NCBI GenBank assembly: GCA_036495425.1
Contig: DASXMW010000029.1
Location: 802-64,801, forward strand
Direction of reading: 5' to 3'
Source: Streptosporangiaceae bacterium
GTDB lineage: Bacteria > Actinomycetota > Actinomycetes > Streptosporangiales > Streptosporangiaceae
DNA: 64,000 nt
Part shown: positions 48,016 to 56,053 of the stretch, piece after piece
How the letters are laid out: each line of letters begins with the position of its first letter
Numbering within the stretch: position 1 is the first letter of the stretch
Program-made: the position numbers and the translations under genes
Notes under the pieces: model-generated
Database searches by the model: none
What the model saw: the letters and a program-made list of their open reading frames with translations, nothing else
What the model was told of the DNA's origin: nothing

Positions 48016-48683
48016 GGCTCGGCCCCTGGCCGCCCGGCCGTGTCCGGGGCCTGGTCGGCGGCCTCGCTGAGCAGGGCGTTCACCGTGGCATCCCAGGTTG
48101 GCAGGGCCCGCTCGGTCTTGAACCGCTCCAGGCCGCTCAGCGTGCCCCGGCTCATGGTGATCCAGGCCCGGTCGGGGAAGTGGGCGTCGACCGCCTCCCG
48201 CCAGACGCTGACCGGCAGCCGGCAGGACGCCTCCTTGCTCCACGGCACCTGCTGGACCTGCATCTTCCCGTCCACCACCGAGAAGATCGTCCCGCTGAAC
48301 AGCAGCAGCAGCGGGATCTGGCCCGACTCCAGGCTGGCGAAGTACCGGCCCGAGCCGATCTCCAGGTCGTAGCTGAAGTTCACCGGCAGCCGGATCTCGG
48401 TGCTGCCGGTGAACCTGGTGACCATGGTGGAGACGTTGGTGAACTGCATCGGCTTGAGCGTGTCGGCCCACCGGGTGGTCTCGCCGAACAGGTCGCGCAG
48501 CCGTTCCTCCTCGTCCGGGCTGTAACGCCGCCGGGACGGCTCGATCCGGATCTGGCAGCGCAGCGCGATGGTGTCGATCCGCTGGCCGCTGGTCTCGCTG
48601 ATCCGCAGGGTCAGTGAGATCGTCGGCATCACCGCGTACTGCTCGGCCTCGGCCCCGATGCAGTCGAAGGTCAGGTCGGCCAC
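48012..48683 (-). CDS. Conserved hydrogenase-cluster protein (family remembered as DUF6084-like)
   Basis: VADLTFDCIGAEAEQYAVMPTISLTLRISE...; GTG 48683 one nt after upstream stop, GGAGG upstream. Confidence 0.55.
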   Translation of the reverse strand: MADLTFDCIGAEAEQYAVMPTISLTLRISETSGQRIDTIALRCQIRIEPSRRRYSPDEEERLRDLFGETTRWADTLKPMQFTNVSTMVTRFTGSTEIRLPVNFSYDLEIGSGRYFASLESGQIPLLLLFSGTIFSVVDGKMQVQQVPWSKEASCRLPVSVWREAVDAHFPDRAWITMSRGTLSGLERFKTERALPTWDATVNALLSEAADQAPDTAGRPGAEP

Positions 48684-48684
48684 C

Positions 48685-49422
48685 TCAGGCCTCCGGGGCC
48701 AGTTGCCTGGCCCGGGTCCGGACCGTGCCCAGGAACTCACCGATGCTGTCCCGGGCCTCCTGGCCGCCGTCAAAGCCCCGCCAGGTCAGCCGCATCCGGC
48801 CGGCCAGCTCGTAACAGGCGTCGATGGGGACCAGGAAATGCTCGACGCCGTCGTCGCCCTTGGCGATCAGAATGGCCTCCACGTCGGAGTCCATGGCCGT
48901 CAGCAGCGGGTGCCCGGCCGTCAGCCGGGCCCAGGCGGCCAGGTCGAGCCGGCACTCGGTGGCCCCGGCCGGGCTGGGGTAGAACGCCGCCACCTCGTCC
49001 CGGGCCGAGCTGCGCAGGAAGAAGGCCAGCCCGACCGGGATCTCCAGCTCATCCCACTCGCCCGGGGCCAGTGGATGCTCCGCGTCGGCCAGGTACCGGT
49101 CCGGTACGGCCCGGTACCGGCCCCGCCCGGCCTGCGCCTGGGTGAAGAGCAGATAGCAGGCGCGGCAGGCGCACAGCAGGGAGGAGTTCTCCAGGTCGGC
49201 CACGTGCGCGTGGTCGGCGGGGACCACCTCCGCGCACATCTCGCACTTCTCCTGCGCCGCCGCGGTGGCCGCGAAGGAGGCGGGCGCCGCGGTCGCCGGA
49301 TCGGACGGCAGCGGCGCCCGGCCGGCGGCTGGCCCAACTGGCGACGGGGCGGGCGGCGGGGCGGGCGGGGGAGCGGCGGGCGCCCCGGGCACGAAGCGGC
49401 CGAGGCCGCCCCGCCCGGTCAT
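48685..49422 (-). CDS. Conserved hydrogenase-cluster Cys-motif protein (family remembered as DUF5947-like)
   Basis: CEMCAEVVP...LLCACRACYLLF (CxxC...CxCxxC); ATGA overlap with upstream gene; only the C-terminal 245 codons of the 600-aa track ORF. Confidence 0.6.
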   Translation of the reverse strand: MTGRGGLGRFVPGAPAAPPPAPPPAPSPVGPAAGRAPLPSDPATAAPASFAATAAAQEKCEMCAEVVPADHAHVADLENSSLLCACRACYLLFTQAQAGRGRYRAVPDRYLADAEHPLAPGEWDELEIPVGLAFFLRSSARDEVAAFYPSPAGATECRLDLAAWARLTAGHPLLTAMDSDVEAILIAKGDDGVEHFLVPIDACYELAGRMRLTWRGFDGGQEARDSIGEFLGTVRTRARQLAPEA

Positions 49423-50303
49423 GACCGGACCGCCGCGGGCACCGCCACCCTGACGCCCTGGCTGTCGGTGACCAGCGGCAGCGGGTTCAGGTGCAGGGCG
49501 GTGTCGCTCAGCCCACGGCCCGCCCGGCTGACGTCGTAGGTCGCTCCGCACGAGCAGGTCAGCACCTCGCGTTCGAGCCGGCCGTCGCCCAGGCCGGCCC
49601 CGCAGGCCGCGCATCCGTCCCGGTAGGCGTACAGCGTCCCGCGGACCGAGCAGAGCACGATCGGCAGGCCGGACGCGGTCGTGGTGATGGGCCGCGCGCT
49701 GGGCGGCCCGATCTCGCCCAGCGAGACCCAGCCGCCGCCCGCGCCATCGGGGGCCGCGGTCGCGGGCACGTCCAGGCCGGGCCGGGACCCGATCTGGAGC
49801 AGTACCGGCTCGGGCGCGCCCGGTGGCGCGGTCACGCCCTCCACCAGGACCTCGCTCACCTCCGGCGCCGCGTCCTGGACGGCGCCTTCGATGGCCAGCT
49901 GCACGGTGACGGCCGAGGACGGGCAGCCGTCGCAGTTGCCTTCCAGCCGCAGCCGGGCCACCCCGTCGGTGACGCCGACGTAGTGCACCCCGCCCGCGTG
50001 TGAGCCCAGGTAGGGCCGGACCCGGTCCAGGGCGCGCTGGATCCGGGTGTCGACGTCCAGCGGGTGCAGCCCGTGCAGCAGCAGCAGGCTCTCCACCAGC
50101 GAGTCGCTGGTCAGCCGGTCCAGGACGGCGGCCGACTCCGGGCCGCCGTCCCCGACCACCGCGGCCATGATGTGGTCCAGGCCGTCGCCGTAGAGCCCGA
50201 CCAGCAGGCGCACCAGTTCTTCGGCGGCCGGGCCCTGTCCTCTCGCGGTCAGCGTGGCCAGCAGTTCCTCGATCTGGTCGCCGACCTGTTGTACTCGGGT
50301 CAT
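49419..50303 (-). CDS. NifU-like plus Rieske-like Fe-S protein (HhyE-type putative electron-transfer partner)
   Basis: NifU C-terminal motif GNCDGCPSS; C-terminal CSVRGTLYAYRDGCAACG...CSCG; ATGA overlap with hhyL stop. Confidence 0.65.
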   Translation of the reverse strand: MTRVQQVGDQIEELLATLTARGQGPAAEELVRLLVGLYGDGLDHIMAAVVGDGGPESAAVLDRLTSDSLVESLLLLHGLHPLDVDTRIQRALDRVRPYLGSHAGGVHYVGVTDGVARLRLEGNCDGCPSSAVTVQLAIEGAVQDAAPEVSEVLVEGVTAPPGAPEPVLLQIGSRPGLDVPATAAPDGAGGGWVSLGEIGPPSARPITTTASGLPIVLCSVRGTLYAYRDGCAACGAGLGDGRLEREVLTCSCGATYDVSRAGRGLSDTALHLNPLPLVTDSQGVRVAVPAAVRS

Positions 50304-52084
50304 GTGGCCAGCGTGACCGACATCGGCGAGTGCACCTTGTCCAGCGTCTTGCCGTCGCCGAGGTACATGTGCACCCCGCAGGGCAGGCACGGGTCGAAGC
50401 TGCGGACCGCGCGCATGATGTCGATGCCCTTGAAGTTCTCCCGCGAGTTCTCCTCGAAGATCGGGGTGTTCTGCACGGCGTCCTCATAGGGCCCGGGGGT
50501 GCCGTAGCTGTCGCGCACGCTGGCGTTCCACGGGGTCGGCGGGTACGGGTGGTAGTTGGCGATCTTGCCGCCCCTGATCACCATGTGGTGCGACAGCACG
50601 CCCCGCACCGCCTCGGTGAAGCCGCAGCTGTTGGCCTCGTCCGGCACGTTGAACGGCTCCCAGGTCTTGGTCCGCCCGGCCCGGATCTCGGCCAGCGCCT
50701 TCTCCACGAAGTGCAGCGCGCAGGCGGCCGAGTAGGCCTGGAAGTAGGTCCGGGCCCGGTCCCGCTCGATGGCGTTGGACAGCGGCGCGCCCGTCTTGTC
50801 CTTCGGTATCTTCCACTCGAAGGTGACCTCGGGCCTGGTCGCGCTCCGGGGCAGGTTGATCAGCACGCTGTTGCCGGTGGACTTGACGTAGCCGAAGTCG
50901 ACCAGGTTGCCCTGGGCGGTGGCCCACAGCCGGGCGATCGGGCCGCCGCCGGTGTCGGCGGCCAGGTAGTTCTGGCCGTCATACCAGCGGGGCGACATGA
51001 CCCAGCTGTACTTGTCGTCGAAGTCGCGCTTGGCCGGCCGCGGGATCGTGTGCTGGTTCCAGGGGTGCCGCTGGTCGACCGGGTTTCCCAGCGGGTCGCG
51101 GGTCACGAACATATCCTGGCCGGCCCAGTCCTCGTAGTAGGAGCTGCCGAGCAGGATGCGGATGCCCAGGTTGATCTCGACCAGGTCGTTGGTGAGCAGC
51201 TGCCCGTCCCGGATGACGCCGGGGGTGACGAACATCTTCCGGCCCCAGTCGGTCATGTGCTCGTACTTGAAGTCGCAGTACTCGGGGTCGTTCAGGCTGC
51301 CCCAGCAGACCATGTCCGCGCGGCGCCGGCCGACCTCCTCGTACCCGGGCAGGGCCTCGTAGAAGAAGTCGAACAGGTCGTCGTGCATGGGGACGACGCG
51401 CTTCATGAACTCGACGTAGCGCATCAGCCGGGTCAGGTAGTCGGTGAACAGCTGCACCGTGGCGGTGGTGCCGACGCCGCCCGGGTACAGCGTGGACGGG
51501 TGCACGTGGCGCCCCTCCATCAGGCAGAACATCTCCCGGGTCGACCGGCTGACCTGGAGCGCCTCGCGGTAGAACTCGCCTTCCAGCGGGTTCAGCGAGC
51601 GCATGATGTCGCCGATGTACTTGTAACCGTGCTCGGCCGCGTGCGGCGCCTCGGTGTGGTTGGCCATCTCCAGCACGCCGGGGTTGGTCTCGCCGACCAT
51701 CTTGGCGCAGAAGTCCACCCCGACCAGGTTCTCCTGGAAGATGTTGTGGTCGAACATGTACTCGGCCGACTCGCCCAGGTTGATGATCCACTCGCCCAGG
51801 TGCGGGGGCCGGACCCCGTAGGCCATGTTCTGGTTGTAGACCGAGCAGGTGGCGTGATTGTCACCGCAGATGCCGCAGATGCGGCTGGTGATGAAGTGCG
51901 CGTCCCGCGGGTCCTTGCCCTTCATGAAGATGCTGTAGCCACGGAAGATCGACGAGGTGCTGTGGCACTCGATGACCTTCTTCTGCTTGAAGTCGACCTT
52001 GGTGTAGATGCCGAGGCTGCCCACGATCCGGGTGATCGGGTCCCAGTTCATCTCGACGACATTGGGGTCCTGCGTCGTGGTCAT
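50300..52084 (-). CDS. hhyL: [NiFe]-hydrogenase large subunit, group 1h (actinobacterial high-affinity type)
   Basis: N-terminal Ni-binding TSRICGICGDNH and C-terminal SFDPCLPCGVH motifs. Confidence 0.92.
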   Translation of the reverse strand: MTTTQDPNVVEMNWDPITRIVGSLGIYTKVDFKQKKVIECHSTSSIFRGYSIFMKGKDPRDAHFITSRICGICGDNHATCSVYNQNMAYGVRPPHLGEWIINLGESAEYMFDHNIFQENLVGVDFCAKMVGETNPGVLEMANHTEAPHAAEHGYKYIGDIMRSLNPLEGEFYREALQVSRSTREMFCLMEGRHVHPSTLYPGGVGTTATVQLFTDYLTRLMRYVEFMKRVVPMHDDLFDFFYEALPGYEEVGRRRADMVCWGSLNDPEYCDFKYEHMTDWGRKMFVTPGVIRDGQLLTNDLVEINLGIRILLGSSYYEDWAGQDMFVTRDPLGNPVDQRHPWNQHTIPRPAKRDFDDKYSWVMSPRWYDGQNYLAADTGGGPIARLWATAQGNLVDFGYVKSTGNSVLINLPRSATRPEVTFEWKIPKDKTGAPLSNAIERDRARTYFQAYSAACALHFVEKALAEIRAGRTKTWEPFNVPDEANSCGFTEAVRGVLSHHMVIRGGKIANYHPYPPTPWNASVRDSYGTPGPYEDAVQNTPIFEENSRENFKGIDIMRAVRSFDPCLPCGVHMYLGDGKTLDKVHSPMSVTLAT

Positions 52085-52103
52085 GGCTGATCCGTCTCCC
52101 TCG

Positions 52104-53180
52104 TCACCAGGTCTGCTTGTAGCCGGTCAGCAGCTCGGAACCCTTCTTGCGCCACTTGGGTTCCTCGTCCGCGGTCTTGGCGGTGAAGCCGCGCAGGGCC
52201 CGGATCACGGTCCCGTACATGCTGCTGGCCGTGGTCGAGACCTTGGACCCCGGCGGCTCGTCCATGAACGGCATGAACTTGTCCGGGAAGCCGGGCATGG
52301 TGCAGGCGATGCAGATGCCGCCCACGTTCGGGCAGCCGCCCACGCCGTTGATCCAGCCGCGCTTGGGCACGTTGCACTTGACCACCGGGCCCCAGCAGCC
52401 CAGCTTGACCAGGCACTTGGGTGAGCCGTACTCGGCCGCGAAGTCGCCCTGCTCGTAGTAGCCGGCCCGGTCGCAGCCCTCGTGCACGGTCGCGCCGAAC
52501 AGCCAGGCCGGCCGCAGCGCCTCGTCCAGCGGGATCATCGGCGCCTGCCCCGCCACCTGGTAGAGCAGGTAGAGAATGGTCTCGGACAGGTTGTCCGGGT
52601 GGATGGGGCAGCCGGGCACGCACACGATCGGCAGCCCGGCCTTGGACCGCCAGTCCCAGCCCAGGTAGTCGGGCACGCCCATGGCCCCGGTCGGGTTGCC
52701 GGCCATGGCGTGGATGCCGCCGTAGGTGGCGCAGGTCCCGACGGCCAGGATCCCGGTCGCCTTGGGGGCCAGCCGGTCCAGCCACTCGCTGGTGGTCATG
52801 GGCTGCCCGGTGGCCGGGTTGTTGCCGAACCCGCACCAGTAGCCCTCGGACTTGATCGCCTCGTTCGGGATCGAGCCCTCGACGACCAGGACGAACGGGT
52901 CCAGTTCGCCGCGGTCGGCCTTGTGCCACCACTCGATGAAGTTGTCCGCGCCCTGTTCCGGCCCGCACTCGAAGTCGATCAGCGGCCAGTGCACGGCCAC
53001 CTGGGGCAGCCCCGGCAGCGCGCCCAGCACGATCTCTTCGATGCTCGGCTGGGTCGCCGCGGTCAGGGCCACCGAGTCCCCGTCACAGCTCAGGCCGCCG
53101 TTCATCCAGAGGATGTGCAGCACCGGCTCGGGCGCCTCGGCCTGAGCCCCGTCGCTAGCCTGTGTGGTGTCTGTGGCCAT
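52104..53180 (-). CDS. hhyS: [NiFe]-hydrogenase small subunit, group 1h, no Tat signal
   Basis: LWMNGGLSCDGDS proximal-cluster motif, further Cys clusters (VPGCPIHPDN, GCWGPVVKCNVP, CPNVGGICIAC); N-terminus lacks an RRxF twin-arginine motif. Confidence 0.9.
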   Translation of the reverse strand: MATDTTQASDGAQAEAPEPVLHILWMNGGLSCDGDSVALTAATQPSIEEIVLGALPGLPQVAVHWPLIDFECGPEQGADNFIEWWHKADRGELDPFVLVVEGSIPNEAIKSEGYWCGFGNNPATGQPMTTSEWLDRLAPKATGILAVGTCATYGGIHAMAGNPTGAMGVPDYLGWDWRSKAGLPIVCVPGCPIHPDNLSETILYLLYQVAGQAPMIPLDEALRPAWLFGATVHEGCDRAGYYEQGDFAAEYGSPKCLVKLGCWGPVVKCNVPKRGWINGVGGCPNVGGICIACTMPGFPDKFMPFMDEPPGSKVSTTASSMYGTVIRALRGFTAKTADEEPKWRKKGSELLTGYKQTW

Positions 53181-53358
53181 GACGAGGCCACCTCCTCGCT
53201 AATTGGGTACTGGCCTCGGGCAGCAGATCAGCCCGGTTTAACGAGTGGCCCGACCGCGGGCCGTCCCAGGACTGGCTGACCACGTTCACCAAACCCCCAG
53301 CACACAGAAGCACGGTACGTACGGGGGACATCAGCACTGATGACCATGGCGTAACCCG

Positions 53359-53390
53359 CCTTCGTGGTGCCCGAACACCCTTCGTGGTGC
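53359..53390. promoter_or_regulatory. Direct repeat CCTTCGTGGTGC x2 with 20-nt phasing upstream of hhyS
   Basis: Copies at 53359-53370 and 53379-53390, read directly. Confidence 0.35.
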
Positions 53391-53661
53391 ACAGACATCG
53401 CAATGTTAGACCCGGTGTAACCTACGCCACAAGATCTGCGGTACCGCGGGCCGGACACAAGTGTCCTAGCTGGCCCAATCAGGGCCTGATCGGGTGTCCG
53501 ATTTGGTCCGGGACGTGCCGCGCATTGTGCGCGCACCGGCCTCATCAGCACTTTATGCCGAAGCCTGGATCGAATAGCCTGGCCTGAGCCCGAACTTGCA
53601 GCGCAATGTTGCACCTTCATCGCGACATGGCGTGCTGCGGACGGTTTTGAGGAGAGATCCG

Positions 53662-54324
53662 ATGGCAGAACCTGTTTTTGGGCCCGATCAGGACCCGATT
53701 GAGGTCATGCCTGTCGTTGTCCTCTTCCAGGTATTTCCGGCTCGTCCTTCGTCGATTCCGGACATCCGCGATTTCGTCCGCCGCTGCCTGGCCGAGTCGC
53801 CCCTGACCGAAGAAGGCAATCGGGAAGTGGGCGAGACCGTGTTCCGCGCCCTGCTGGACGCGGCCGGGCCGTCCGGGTCGATCCAGGTGGCGTTCAGGAT
53901 CTTCCCCGAGCACGTCGAGGTGGACGTGCTGCACTCCGAGCTGTCGGCCGGACCGCCCCGGGGCGAGGGCCGCCCGGCCGACGCGACCGCCACCGCCGCC
54001 GGGGCCAGCGGCACGATTAACGGCACAGGCAACGGGTCTGGCCCTCCTGTCCTCAATGGCGGCGGCGAGTCCGGGCTCGGGCCGGCCCAGATTCACGCGC
54101 CCGGCGCCTCCTTCGTCCACCTGGGTGAGGACGGGCAGCCCGCCAACTTCGCCGACTGGATGTCGGTGGCCCTGCGGCGCGAGGGCCTGACCCAGGAGGC
54201 GGCGGCCCGGCTGCTGGGGGTCTCGGTCAAGACGGTCAGCCGCTGGGTGGGCGGCGCGACCGAGCCGCGGCTCCGTGATCTGCGGCGTATCCAGGAAGTA
54301 TTCGGCGAGATTCCGCTTCAGTGA
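53662..54324 (+). CDS. Hybrid regulator: N-terminal RsbW/SpoIIAB-like (degenerate HATPase) domain, Gly/Ala-rich linker, C-terminal XRE-type HTH
   Basis: IPDIRDFVRRCLAE...VGETVFRALLDAA...IQVAFRIFPEHVEVDVLH; C-terminus LTQEAAARLLGVSVKTVSRWVGG; GAGGAG RBS before ATG 53662. Confidence 0.55.
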   Translation: MAEPVFGPDQDPIEVMPVVVLFQVFPARPSSIPDIRDFVRRCLAESPLTEEGNREVGETVFRALLDAAGPSGSIQVAFRIFPEHVEVDVLHSELSAGPPRGEGRPADATATAAGASGTINGTGNGSGPPVLNGGGESGLGPAQIHAPGASFVHLGEDGQPANFADWMSVALRREGLTQEAAARLLGVSVKTVSRWVGGATEPRLRDLRRIQEVFGEIPLQ

Positions 54325-54453
54325 TCCGATCGAGGCTCGCGTCAGGAAAAATATTTTGCCGCCGGCCGTCTATTTTTTTGGCCTGCCCAATAACCGCCAC
54401 AAGTGTCTTATTGGGCACTGGACGTGCCCTCACATGTGTCCTACGGTGCTGCC

Positions 54454-55077
54454 ATGGCGGCTAATGGCGGACGCCAGCAACTCGGCCCGGAATCCGGCCG
54501 GCTCACGCTGCGTACATACCGCAGCGGGCTGGCGGCTCAGGCCGGTCATGACTTGACCATCGATGTCATCCGCTGGCACGCCGATATTGACCCGCCCGCG
54601 CGTATTGACCCGCCCGCGCGCAATTTCGCCGCCGGCACCGCGGCCGACCCAAATGCCGGGGCCGCGTCCGGCGCCCTGGACGCCACCATCGACCTCACCT
54701 CGCTGGCCGTCCGCGAGGGCCGCGGGGGCCTGAAGCCGCTGACCGACCGCGACCGCCGTGACATCCTCGGCCAGGCCCGCAAGCAGCTCGACACCGGCCA
54801 CTACCCGGAGGCGTCCTACACCGCCAGCACGTTCACCCCGGACACCACCGGGGGCGGCACCATCGACGGCACCCTGACCCTGCACGGGCAGAGCCGCCCG
54901 CTCCGGCTGCAGGTGGCCCGGACCGGGGACGGCCAGTACCGGGCCACCGGCACCGTGGTGCAGACCCAGTTCGGGATCAGGCCCTACTCCGGCATGTTCG
55001 GCGCGCTCAAGCTTCGTGACGACGTGGAGGTCGAGATCACCGTGAACCTCCCCGCGGGCCCGGGCGGCCCGTCATGA
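54454..55077 (+). CDS. YceI-like (polyisoprenoid/lipid-binding) family protein
   Basis: LTLRTYRSGLAAQAGHDLTI..., LTLHGQSRPLRL..., FGIRPYSGMFGALKLRDDVEVEI; ATGA-coupled to the next gene. Confidence 0.7.
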   Translation: MAANGGRQQLGPESGRLTLRTYRSGLAAQAGHDLTIDVIRWHADIDPPARIDPPARNFAAGTAADPNAGAASGALDATIDLTSLAVREGRGGLKPLTDRDRRDILGQARKQLDTGHYPEASYTASTFTPDTTGGGTIDGTLTLHGQSRPLRLQVARTGDGQYRATGTVVQTQFGIRPYSGMFGALKLRDDVEVEITVNLPAGPGGPS

Positions 55078-55715
55078 CCGAGGGGCCCACCGGAGTAGTG
55101 CCCGGCGGGCCGGACACGGCCCCGGCGGCCGGCCTGTTCGAGCTGCGGGCCGCGCCCACCAGCAAGCTGGCCGGCCAGGCCGTGGCCATCGCCGACGCCT
55201 GCCACGCCATGGCCGTCCGCTTCCACCGCGGCGGCAAGCTGATCGTGTTCGGCACCGGCGGGGCCGCCGCCGACGCCCAGCACGTGGCGGTGGAGTTCGT
55301 GCACCCGGTCATCGTGGGCAAGCGGGCCCTGCCGGCCATCTCGCTCACCACCGACGTGGCCACCGTGACCGGGGTGGCCGAGCAGGACGGCATGGCCGGC
55401 ATCTTCGCCCACCAGCTGCGCTACCTGGCCGCCCCCGAGGACATCGCGCTCGGCATCTCGGCCGACGGCGACAACGACAGCGTGCGGGCCGGGCTGGCCA
55501 CCGCCCGCGAGCGCGGCCTGCTGACCGTGGCCCTGACCGGCGGCAACGGCGGCGCCATCGCCCGCGAGCACACCGCCGAGCACGTGCTGACCGCCCCGGC
55601 CGGCGATCCCCGGATCGTCAAGGAACTGCAGGTCACCACCTACCACGTGCTGTGGGAGCTGGTGCACGTGTTCTTCGAGCAGCCCGGCGTGCTCGACCCG
55701 GAGGTGGTGGCGTGA
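55074..55715 (+). CDS. SIS-domain protein (GmhA/phosphoheptose isomerase-like), hydrogenase-cluster paralogue 1
   Basis: GGKLIVFGTGGAAADAQHVAVEF...GISADGDNDSV...TYHVLWELVHV. Confidence 0.75.
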   Translation: MTEGPTGVVPGGPDTAPAAGLFELRAAPTSKLAGQAVAIADACHAMAVRFHRGGKLIVFGTGGAAADAQHVAVEFVHPVIVGKRALPAISLTTDVATVTGVAEQDGMAGIFAHQLRYLAAPEDIALGISADGDNDSVRAGLATARERGLLTVALTGGNGGAIAREHTAEHVLTAPAGDPRIVKELQVTTYHVLWELVHVFFEQPGVLDPEVVA

Positions 55716-56053
55716 GCGAGCGGGAGGGGCGCGGCGCTGCCTGGACTGAGGAGCGCCAAGCGAGGAACGAGCGCGGGCGCGACGAGGGAAGGCAGCGCCT
55801 TGAAGCGCCCCGGGAGCGAGCGGGCAAACACAGCGTGAGTGTCCCGGTCCCCGAATGCCACGGCGAGGTGTGCATCACCTGCTCGGACACGGCGGTCGAG
55901 GTCACTGTGGTCCGGCTGCTGGCCGACGGGCTGGCCATGGTCGAGACCGGGCAGGGCGAAGAAGAGGTCAGCGTGGCCCTGGTCGAGGCCCGGGCCGGCG
56001 ACACGATCCTGGTCCACGCCAAGGAAGCCATCGCCGTCGTGGGTGCCCGATGA
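55712..56053 (+). CDS. HypC/HupF-like chaperone variant lacking the N-terminal MCxxxPG motif
   Basis: ...CHGEVCITCSDTAVEVTVVRLLADGLAMVETGQGEEEVSVALVEARAGDTILVHAKEAIAVV (OB-fold-like); GTGA-coupled start 55712, alternative GTG 55835 gives a 72-aa product. Confidence 0.5.
   Translation: MSEREGRGAAWTEERQARNERGRDEGRQRLEAPRERAGKHSVSVPVPECHGEVCITCSDTAVEVTVVRLLADGLAMVETGQGEEEVSVALVEARAGDTILVHAKEAIAVVGAR

Noticed and set aside
48685-50487. 600-aa track ORF spanning the DUF5947-like gene, the NifU/Rieske-like gene and the hhyL 3' end
   Set aside because: Only the C-terminal 245 codons (from ATG 49422, ATGA-coupled) look like protein. The upstream part is out of frame with the well-supported 49419..50303 and hhyL genes.
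54365-54416. Rho-independent terminator after the regulator gene (T-run plus GCCCAATAA/TTATTGGGC hairpin)
   Set aside because: The T-run precedes rather than follows the hairpin on the plus strand and reads as an A-run on the minus strand, so it does not fit an intrinsic terminator. The hairpin is treated as part of the candidate operator region instead.
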